The notes beneath the pieces were generated by a model. That model made no database searches and was not told where the DNA came from. It saw nothing but the letters and a program-made list of their open reading frames with translations. Shown piece by piece: positions 56,688 through 64,000 of a stretch of 64,000 nt of DNA (position 1 is the stretch's first letter; each line of letters starts with the position of its first letter). The stretch is from positions 2,129-66,128 of the forward strand of contig CAZHAR010000025.1 of NCBI GenBank assembly GCA_964530615.1, given 5' to 3'. The DNA is from an uncultured Planctomycetota bacterium. GTDB lineage: Bacteria > Planctomycetota > JBBTDB01. Both the position numbers and the translations under genes were made by a program.

Positions 56688-58040
56688 TTATGCTATTGTA
56701 GAGGCTAAAGAGAACGGAGTCCAGAATTCAGGGAGGTTTTGAGGGAGAAGTAAGTTCTCTTGATAGTAAATATGTTGAATTTTCAGCGAATAAAGCGGGT
56801 CTAAGGAGTGAGTGAAGGTGACCCAATGAATGATTTCCAATGCCGCGAAGAGTTCTGCGTTTTTTTCGGGTTCCGTGTCGGTTTCAGAGGATTTCCACAG
56901 GACAATTCCGAGAGAATCTCCGGGGAGGTTTTGGAAAAAGCGAATCATTTCAAGGGTGATGATATTCTGTTTGAGTAGAACAAAAGTCGCGTTTGAAGTG
57001 GTTTGAAGGGGTTCTTGGAGTAATAGCGGATGCTTAAAAATTTTTTTAGCGAAGAAGGATTTTTGTTGGAGTTCCGCGAGAATTTCATCGCGTGTCACTT
57101 CCTTTGTTCCTTGTTTAGCGACTTTAATTCCGGCCGCGATATTCGCGAGTTTAACAGCATCTAAATAAGAATATTGGTTTGCGAGCGCGTATCCAAGACA
57201 AGCGATAAAGGTATCTCCAGCTCCGGTAATATCGTAGACGCTGCGAGCGCGGGCCGGAGACATAAAAAATTCTTGGTGACGTTCTTTAAGACAAACGCCT
57301 TCTTTTCCCAAAGTAATGATGGTGGCTTCTAGGTGAGCCATCTCCATCAATTTTTGGGCGCAGAGTTCTAACTCTTGTTTTTTTTGCGGATCGATACTCA
57401 TTAGCGTTGCTTCTTCGGCTTCTTTTTTGTTAGGAGTGATGACGGAAGCGCCTTCGTATTTCTGGTAATTTTTTCCTTTAGGATCGACCAAGACTTTCAA
57501 CTGTCGTTGGCGAGATTCTTGGATAATAAATTGAAGGAAGGACGGGGTGAGGAGACCTTTTCCATAATCCGAAAGGATCACTAATTGAACCTGCGGTAAT
57601 TCTTGCAAACACGCTAGTTTTAGAGCGGTTTCTTCTTCACGAGTAATGGGTTGGCTATTTTCTTTATCGATCCGAAGCATTTGTTTATTTTGTCCTAGAA
57701 CACGTCGTTTCCAGGTGGTTGGGCGATTAAAAGAAATTAAATGGTGCCCTACTTTTTTTTGAAGGAGTAATTTTTTTAGAATTTCGCCTTGAAGATCGGG
57801 TCCAATTCCACCCATCAGCATTACTTGAGTTCCTAAACTAGAGAGATTAAGGGCAACATTAGCCGCTCCTCCTAGCCGAAAATCTTCTTGTGTTTGTAGG
57901 TGAACAATTGGGATAGGAGCTTCTGGTGAGATTCGGTCGACTTCTCCAAATAAATATTCATCCAGAATCAAATCTCCCAAAACCAATACTTTGATTTCTG
58001 GACGAAATTGGGTTTCAAAAAGATGTGTAAGTGGATTCAT
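56688..58040 (-). CDS. hldE: Heptose-7-phosphate kinase HldE/RfaE with a degenerate C-terminal adenylyltransferase domain
   Basis: Motifs GDLILDEY, RISPEAPIP, GGAANVA, SDYGKG, VDPKG, TGAGDT. The C-terminus lacks the TNGCFD/HxGH motif. Confidence 0.85.
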   Translation of the reverse strand: MNPLTHLFETQFRPEIKVLVLGDLILDEYLFGEVDRISPEAPIPIVHLQTQEDFRLGGAANVALNLSSLGTQVMLMGGIGPDLQGEILKKLLLQKKVGHHLISFNRPTTWKRRVLGQNKQMLRIDKENSQPITREEETALKLACLQELPQVQLVILSDYGKGLLTPSFLQFIIQESRQRQLKVLVDPKGKNYQKYEGASVITPNKKEAEEATLMSIDPQKKQELELCAQKLMEMAHLEATIITLGKEGVCLKERHQEFFMSPARARSVYDITGAGDTFIACLGYALANQYSYLDAVKLANIAAGIKVAKQGTKEVTRDEILAELQQKSFFAKKIFKHPLLLQEPLQTTSNATFVLLKQNIITLEMIRFFQNLPGDSLGIVLWKSSETDTEPEKNAELFAALEIIHWVTFTHSLDPLYSLKIQHIYYQENLLLPQNLPEFWTPFSLASTIA

Positions 58041-58193
58041 AATTTTTTTTTGGAAAATTTTTCTAACTAATGGAAACTTAAGAGGTTATTTATTTTTTTT
58101 TAAAAAAAAGAAAAAGATGTCTCAGGGAAAGAGTACAATATGGACGTTTTCTAAGGAAATAGGATAATCAAAAAAAAAGTTTTTGGAAATTTT

Positions 58194-59348
58194 TTGAAAG
58201 GTATTTTTATGGGCGAAAAAAATGAAAAAATAGTAAAAAGTCCTATCACTACACCCCTCTCTACAATTCCAACAAAGAAAGACAAACTAGAACCGCTTGA
58301 TGCAGAGTTACAGAAAAGTGTTACTGCGACGATTGAAGCCATCGATAAAAGATTTGGTACTGGAACTATTATGACCTTAGGATCAAGACCTTCTCTCAAA
58401 GAAGAAGTGATTCCTTCTGGGTCGCTGAGTTTAGATTATGCTTTAGGGGTCGGTGGTTTTCCACGGGGCCGTGTCATCGAGATTTATGGACCCGAATCTT
58501 CTGGAAAAACAACCTTAGCACTTCATGCAATTGCGAGTGCTCAAAAAATGGGTGGGATGGCCGCGTTTATTGATGCGGAACACGCTTTAGATCCCTCATA
58601 CGCTCGTCGTATTGGGGTGAATTTAGATCGCTTGCTTATTTCCCAGCCAGACTGCGGAGAACAAGCGCTAGAAATCGTGGAAGCGTTGGCGACTTCAAAT
58701 ATAGTATCGATTATTGTGATTGACTCCGTCGCCGCTCTGGTTCCTCGTGCTGAACTTGAAGGCGAAATGGATGATCAATTTATGGGGTTGCACGCCCGAT
58801 TAATGTCCAAAGGGTTGCGTAAATTGACTTCTCATATCAATACTTCAAAGACATGTGTTGTTTTTATTAACCAAATTCGCGAAAAAATTGGGGTGATGTT
58901 TGGAAATCCAGAAACCACTACCGGTGGACGTGCCCTTAAATTTTTCTCTTCGATTCGCGTAGATATTCGCAAAATCAGCACGATCAAAAAATCCGATGAA
59001 GAAATTTTGGGAATTCGTGCCCGGGTTTCTGTCGTGAAAAATAAAGTCGCGCCTCCCTTCCGAAAAGCGGAATTTGATATTCTTTTTAATAAAGGAATCT
59101 CCTATGTAGGCGATTTGCTTGACTTAGCCGTTCGTGGCGAGATTATTCGCAAAGCGGGAACTTGGTTTTCGTTTAAAGAAACTCGTATTGGTCAGGGTCG
59201 TGATAATTCAGTTTTATTTCTGGAAGATCATCCAGAAATCACGCAAGTCATCGAACAAGAAGTACGCACGAAAATGTTTCCTTCAAACGGCGATTCTGCT
59301 ACCAGCGAGTTGAAACCGATCCTTACAGAAAGCAAAGAAGAAAATTAA
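58194..59348 (+). CDS. recA: Recombinase RecA
   Basis: Motifs [48 protein letters not shown]. Confidence 0.98.
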   Translation: MKGIFMGEKNEKIVKSPITTPLSTIPTKKDKLEPLDAELQKSVTATIEAIDKRFGTGTIMTLGSRPSLKEEVIPSGSLSLDYALGVGGFPRGRVIEIYGPESSGKTTLALHAIASAQKMGGMAAFIDAEHALDPSYARRIGVNLDRLLISQPDCGEQALEIVEALATSNIVSIIVIDSVAALVPRAELEGEMDDQFMGLHARLMSKGLRKLTSHINTSKTCVVFINQIREKIGVMFGNPETTTGGRALKFFSSIRVDIRKISTIKKSDEEILGIRARVSVVKNKVAPPFRKAEFDILFNKGISYVGDLLDLAVRGEIIRKAGTWFSFKETRIGQGRDNSVLFLEDHPEITQVIEQEVRTKMFPSNGDSATSELKPILTESKEEN

Positions 59349-59404
59349 CCGCCTAGCGTAAGGTACGGGTAAGGTAAGGGTGGACGCTGTACAAAGAAAT
59401 ATCC

Positions 59405-59500
59405 CTATTGTCATTGCGATGAGGCACAAGCCGAAGAAGCAATCTCCATAAAGCTTAAGTATAACGGAGATTGCTTCACTGGCGTTCGCAATGACAATAG
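59405..59500. repeat. REPIN-like composite inverted repeat (GTCATTGCG...GAAGCAATC...GATTGCTTC...CGCAATGAC family)
   Basis: Perfect 15-bp outer arms at 59405-59419 and 59486-59500, and 12-bp inner arms at 59436-59447 and 59466-59477. Confidence 0.85.
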
Positions 59501-59612
59501 AGAGAAAGGATATTTATTTTTTCAAAGATAGCAAAATGAAAAAAAATATTGTATAAACAAAGAGGACTTCTTTAATAAAAACCCCCCTCCCCATTTTAAA
59601 GCAGGTAATCCC

Positions 59613-60047
59613 GTGCCTACTTCCGAAGATGTTTCCGCTTTATTAAATCGCTTGGGGTTACGTCCCACAAAAATGCGATGTCTGATTTTACAAATACTTC
59701 TTGAAAAAAAAATTCATCCAACCCCATATCAATTACTTGAAATGCTCAATCAACAAGAAGGGGAAGAAATTAGTATTGCGACCCTCTATCAAAACCTTGA
59801 AAAGCTAGTCCAGGAAGGACTATTGAAGCGGTTTTTGGATACTAAGGGGCTTGCTCGTTTTGATATTAATCTGGATCCCCATTATCATTTGGTTTGCCTC
59901 AACTGCGGAAATATCGCGGATGTTGAAGAAAATAATGTTCTCCATAAATCACTTAATCCACTAAAAAAACAGCTTCCTGAAGATTGGCAATTGAACGATA
60001 TTTCTGTGGAATTCAAGGGCTTTTGTCCAGAATGTCGAACCTCTTAA
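59613..60047 (+). CDS. Fur-family transcriptional regulator (PerR/Fur-like)
   Basis: GLRPTKMR, HPT, SIATLYQNL, H.HLVCLNCG and CPEC. Confidence 0.92.
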   Translation: MPTSEDVSALLNRLGLRPTKMRCLILQILLEKKIHPTPYQLLEMLNQQEGEEISIATLYQNLEKLVQEGLLKRFLDTKGLARFDINLDPHYHLVCLNCGNIADVEENNVLHKSLNPLKKQLPEDWQLNDISVEFKGFCPECRTS

Positions 60048-60082
60048 TTCAAAAATTAAAAAAATAAAAAACTTTTTTTTTC

Positions 60083-60130
60083 TTGCATTCATAACCCATA
60101 ATCATTATGATAATGGTTATGGGTTATGAA
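60083..60130 (+). promoter_or_regulatory. Sigma70-type promoter embedded in a 43-bp palindrome with Fur-box-like hexamers
   Basis: TTGCAT (60083-88), 17 nt, TATGAT (60106-11). Arms at 60088-60107 and 60111-60130 match at 19/20. The palindrome contains ATAATCATTAT and GATAATG. Confidence 0.6.
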
Positions 60131-60146
60131 GCTAATTTTAGCGATT

Positions 60147-60180
60147 AGAGGCGTATATTTATCAATACGCCTCTTTTTTT
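60147..60180 (+). terminator. Rho-independent terminator
   Basis: AGAGGCGTAT-atttatca-ATACGCCTCT followed by a T-run. Confidence 0.85.
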
Positions 60181-60268
60181 ACTTGCCACAAAAAATTCGT
60201 GCGTCTTATACCGTTCGTGAAGGCCCAATTAAAACGTTTTTTTGCTTAAAAATCGAGAGTTTTAAGCC

Positions 60269-61015
60269 TCAGTCTTGGGGAGGTTCCTTGCTTTTGTTCG
60301 GAAGGACGGTAAGTTTCTTGATCAATAAATAAACCCCTCCCTGAACCAACCCTCCCCAGAGAAAAACCGCTACGATATAAAGATAGGACACGCGATAAAA
60401 ACTGTTGGCCTGATCCTGAAAAATTTTTTGTCCTTCTTGCAAAAGCCATTCGTTCGCCTTTTTTAAAACAACGCCCCATGTCATCGAAGTGGTTTCTTTT
60501 TCCAGAGTCGCTAACACGACATCTGTTCCTTTCCAAAAAACCGCTTTTAAAATCTGTGGGAAAAAGAGGATCAAAACAATAGGGTGTCCGATGCGTGCGG
60601 CGGGGATGCTTCCATCCTCCATTTTAATTTGAATTTTTTTTCGAAGTTCAGAAATCGGAATGACGCTTTCGTCTGTCAAAGTTCCCATCCATTTTTCTGC
60701 CTGAGTCCTCCCGAGTTGTAAGGTCCATTCGAGAACAGGAGTCGATCCTTTTTCTAGCATTTTCCCCATAAATCGTTGAAGGGAAAACAAAATACCCAAT
60801 TGAGCGGTAACCAGTGGAAAAACAAGAAAATACAAAACGCCAATACCGATGAGCCATCCTTTGGCGCCAGTCGAGGGAAAGCGTTTTTTTGCATGGACGA
60901 AACCCGCAATTCCAAACAGTAATGCAAGTATAAAAAAAAGAAATGTGTAAAATAAAGTCGGCAAAAGAAATTCTTGAGCGACTATTTTTGTGATTGTCCA
61001 AAGACTTTCGAACAT
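60269..61015 (-). CDS. Hypothetical membrane protein
   Basis: 248-aa ORF with 3-4 hydrophobic helices. Confidence 0.7.
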   Translation of the reverse strand: MFESLWTITKIVAQEFLLPTLFYTFLFFILALLFGIAGFVHAKKRFPSTGAKGWLIGIGVLYFLVFPLVTAQLGILFSLQRFMGKMLEKGSTPVLEWTLQLGRTQAEKWMGTLTDESVIPISELRKKIQIKMEDGSIPAARIGHPIVLILFFPQILKAVFWKGTDVVLATLEKETTSMTWGVVLKKANEWLLQEGQKIFQDQANSFYRVSYLYIVAVFLWGGLVQGGVYLLIKKLTVLPNKSKEPPQD

Positions 61016-61121
61016 TTTTTTCTCCGCTTGAGAAAAGGGTTTAATTTTCTTTCTTCCGTTTTAAAATAAAGACTATTAATAGCATTAAAATCATTTTTCT
61101 ATTTTAAAGAAGAGGCCGATT

Positions 61122-62648
61122 GTGAAAGACTTTTTAAAAGAATTAGGGATCGAGATGATAAATCCCGGAGCTTACGCCCAAGAATGGCTAAATTGCTCGG
61201 GGCCTTCTCTCAAAGTCATTTCGCCTGTAGACGGTAAAGAAATTGCTCAAATTACTCAAGCCGGAAAAGCCGAGTACGAAAAAGTTCTTCTCTGTAGTAC
61301 CGACACCTTCAAAACGTGGAGAATGTGGCCCGCTCCAAAACGTGGAGCAATTGTACGAGAGATCGGCGAAGAATTACGTAAACATAAAACGGCACTTGGA
61401 AAATTACTCTCCTATGAAATGGGAAAAATTTTGGCGGAAGGCGAAGGGGAAGTTCAGGAAATGATTGATATGGTCGACTTTGCCGTGGGGCTTTCTCGAC
61501 AACTCTATGGCTTATCGATGCATTCAGAACGTCCGCAACATCGTATGTACGAGCAATGGCATCCTTTAGGGCCCGTGGGTGTGATTACCGCGTTTAATTT
61601 TCCGATCGCGGTTTGGGCCTGGAACGCTTTTCTTGCGATGGTTTGCGGAAATACAGTCATTTGGAAACCCAGTTCCAAGACCCCTTTATCCGCGATCGCG
61701 GTTCAGCGCATTTGTGATCGGGTTTTGAAAAAGTGGGAGATGCAAGGAGTTTGTACCTTATTAGTCGGAGATCGTCATAGTGTCGGAGAACCCTTGATTA
61801 ATGACAGACGTGTTCCGTTAATTTCAGCGACGGGCTCCACGACTATGGGGATCAATATTGGTCAAGCTTGCGCAAAACGTCTAGCACGTACCTTGCTAGA
61901 GTTGGGTGGAAACAACGCGATTAGTGTGATGAAAGATGCGGATATGAAACTGGTTTTGCGGGGTGTGCTTTTTGGCGCTATCGGAACAGCGGGTCAACGC
62001 TGTACGACCACTCGACGAATTTTGATCGAAAAATCCGTAAAAGAGGATTTTATTCGGAAGTTAAAAGAAGCGTATCAACAAATTTCGATTGGAGATCCTT
62101 TAGATTCAAAAAATTTGATGGGTCCTCTTGTGGATAAAGACGCCGTTCAGACGATGCAAAAAGCCCTAGAGACGATTAAAACACAAGGTGGAAAAGTGAT
62201 TTGTGGGGGGGAAGTCTTAACGGGTTCTGGGTATGCGTCGGGTTGTTATGTTCGTCCTTGTATTATTGAGGCTCCAAAAAATTTGGAAATGATGAGCCAT
62301 GAAACCTTTGCGCCCATTCTTTATGTGGTTGGAGTTCAGGATATAGAGGAGGCGATTGAGGTCAACAATGGCGTCCCACAAGGATTAAGTTCTTCAATCT
62401 TTACATCAAATTTCTACCATTCGGAGCGTTTTTTATCTGCGATCGGTTCTGACTGCGGAATTGCGAATGTGAATATCGGAACCAGCGGAGCCGAAATTGG
62501 CGGGGCCTTTGGTGGAGAAAAGGAAACAGGCGGGGGTCGAGAATCAGGGTCAGATTCTTGGAAACAATATATGCGCAGACAGACCTGTACTATGAACTGG
62601 AGCCAAGACCTTCCGTTAGCCCAAGGGATTCGTTTTGGAGACGCTTAA
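61122..62648 (+). CDS. Aldehyde dehydrogenase family 7 (antiquitin / piperideine-6-carboxylate dehydrogenase-like)
   Basis: Motifs GVITAFNFP, LELGGNNA, AGQRCTT and C-terminal ESGSDSWKQYMRRQT...LPLAQGI.F. Confidence 0.92.
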   Translation: MKDFLKELGIEMINPGAYAQEWLNCSGPSLKVISPVDGKEIAQITQAGKAEYEKVLLCSTDTFKTWRMWPAPKRGAIVREIGEELRKHKTALGKLLSYEMGKILAEGEGEVQEMIDMVDFAVGLSRQLYGLSMHSERPQHRMYEQWHPLGPVGVITAFNFPIAVWAWNAFLAMVCGNTVIWKPSSKTPLSAIAVQRICDRVLKKWEMQGVCTLLVGDRHSVGEPLINDRRVPLISATGSTTMGINIGQACAKRLARTLLELGGNNAISVMKDADMKLVLRGVLFGAIGTAGQRCTTTRRILIEKSVKEDFIRKLKEAYQQISIGDPLDSKNLMGPLVDKDAVQTMQKALETIKTQGGKVICGGEVLTGSGYASGCYVRPCIIEAPKNLEMMSHETFAPILYVVGVQDIEEAIEVNNGVPQGLSSSIFTSNFYHSERFLSAIGSDCGIANVNIGTSGAEIGGAFGGEKETGGGRESGSDSWKQYMRRQTCTMNWSQDLPLAQGIRFGDA

Positions 62649-62737
62649 AAACAGTGAACCTCTTTGCTAGAAGTATTTTGTATAAATCGAATTTCTTCGC
62701 CGAGAAATTCTTAAGTTTTCAATAATTGAGGAATATA

Positions 62738-64000
62738 ATGTATCGCACACATCATTTGGGCGAATTAAGAAAATCGCATGTGGGTCAAACAATCACTCTT
62801 GCAGGCTGGGTGAACGCCATTCGTGACCAAGGAGCCGGAATTCATTTTATCGATTTACGAGATCGCTATGGAATGACTCAGATTATGATTGATGGATCAA
62901 AAGATCCCGAAAAAGAAGCCTTTGTCAAAAAAATACATCCAGAATTTGTGCTTCAAGTGAAAGGAAGCGTGAGCGCACGGCCAGAAGGATTAAAAAATCC
63001 TTATTTGGAAACCGGAGAAATTGAAGTGAACGCTCAAGAGATTGTGATCTTGAGTTCCGCAGAAACTCCTCCATTTGAGGTGGCGCAAAAGCGGGATCGC
63101 AAAACGGGCCAAATCCTTCTGGATGAATCGATTCCTTTAGAGTTACGAATGAAGTATCGATACTTAGATTTTCGTCGGCACCCTATTTTAGAGCGACTCT
63201 TATTGCGACATCGGTTGAGTTCCTGCTTGCATACTTTTTTTAATCGAGAAGGATTTGTGCACGTGGAAACACCGATTTTATTGCGAGCGACTCCGGAAGG
63301 AGCCAGAGATTTTCTGGTGCCGTCTCGAAAATTTCCGGGTGAATTTTACGCGCTTCCGCAATCCCCTCAGTTGATGAAACAAATCTTGATGGTTTCAAAT
63401 CTTGATAAATATTACCAAATCGTCAAGTGTTTCCGCGATGAAGATTCCAGAAAAGATCGTCAACCCGAGTTTACTCAACTTGATATTGAAATGTCCTTTG
63501 TCTCAGAAGAAAACGATGTGATTTCTTTAATTGAACGACTGATTCCGTATGTAATGAAAGAGATTCGAGGGGAAGAAATAACCGTTCCGTTCCCTCGGAT
63601 ATCCTATGATGAAGCGATGACCTCTTATGCCAGCGACAAGCCTGATTTACGTTATGGCTTAAAAATCAAGGATGTGACCGATATCTTGAAAACACATCCG
63701 GTTTTTGAGGCGCATTTAAAAGAAAATTTAGCGCGTGGCTTCTGTTTAAAGGCGGCTTCCGAGAAGTTTTCCAATAAAGAATTGAAAGATTTGGGAATCC
63801 TTCAGGGCGTTGATCGTCCGGTTTACTTCGTCAAAGTAGGCGCCGGAGGCAAACTACAAGGCGGTTTTGCGAGCAAAACGTCGGAACCTGTCCAAAATCA
63901 GTTATTGCAGATTTTTGGCGCGCAAGACGGCGATTTACTGGTTTTGATTACAGGAAAAGGGGCTTCGTTTATGGTCGCGTTGGATAAGCTTCGGCGACAT
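62738..64000 (+). CDS. aspS: Aspartate--tRNA ligase (partial, runs off the window end)
   Basis: My translation from ATG 62738 gives MYRTHHLGELRKSHVGQTITLAGWV..IRDQG..FIDLRDRYG, then TPEGARDFLVPSR, YALPQSPQL.KQILM and CFRDED.RKDRQPEFTQLDIEMSF. Confidence 0.97.
   Translation, partial: MYRTHHLGELRKSHVGQTITLAGWVNAIRDQGAGIHFIDLRDRYGMTQIMIDGSKDPEKEAFVKKIHPEFVLQVKGSVSARPEGLKNPYLETGEIEVNAQEIVILSSAETPPFEVAQKRDRKTGQILLDESIPLELRMKYRYLDFRRHPILERLLLRHRLSSCLHTFFNREGFVHVETPILLRATPEGARDFLVPSRKFPGEFYALPQSPQLMKQILMVSNLDKYYQIVKCFRDEDSRKDRQPEFTQLDIEMSFVSEENDVISLIERLIPYVMKEIRGEEITVPFPRISYDEAMTSYASDKPDLRYGLKIKDVTDILKTHPVFEAHLKENLARGFCLKAASEKFSNKELKDLGILQGVDRPVYFVKVGAGGKLQGGFASKTSEPVQNQLLQIFGAQDGDLLVLITGKGASFMVALDKLRRH

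Noticed and set aside
60126-60332. 68-aa ORF downstream of the palindromic promoter
   Set aside because: No SD, it is interrupted by a strong terminator at 60147-60180, and it overlaps the convergent gene.
1-64000. tRNA, rRNA, CRISPR arrays and intact IS elements
   Set aside because: I saw no T-loop/anticodon cloverleaf, rRNA-like block, repeat-spacer array or full transposase ORF by eye. tRNAscan-SE and cmscan would confirm.

Overview
Bacterial chromosomal window of roughly 40% GC (estimated by eye). It is most consistent with an uncultured Planctomycetota/PVC organism; this is inferred from a PVC-type small conserved protein, a Ser/Thr kinase-FGE fusion, HEAT/TPR and zinc-ribbon proteins, and a TAXI protein with a C-terminal tail. 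Most of the window is housekeeping or signalling: ilvE, prfB with its +1 frameshift, tatC, coaE, rho, cmk, plsC, pilT, dprA, rsgA, hldE, recA, a Fur-family regulator and partial aspS. I found no tRNA, rRNA, CRISPR array or intact IS element. The standout is a minus-strand operon at 1-3810. It carries two tandem paralogous HK97-fold capsid genes (epsilon15-gp7/Family 3 encapsulin type, about 57% identical by manual alignment), an upstream beta-rich small protein, and two downstream disordered proteins that share a short helical motif. No terminase, portal, protease, tail or integrase gene is visible. It is a candidate two-component protein nanocompartment or domesticated capsid, but the operon runs off the left edge, so a prophage or GTA cannot be excluded. 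Other notable items are an orphan 141-bp copy of the capsid/next-gene junction with mostly synonymous changes, a possible ATT start for one capsid paralog, a sigma-region-4-only protein coupled to a ZAS anti-sigma-TAXI fusion, a duplicated Flp pilin with a 300-aa extension flanked by two glycosyltransferase-like membrane proteins, an MglA GTPase with a long Pro/Gln/Tyr tail, and a candidate Fur-box-controlled small RNA.
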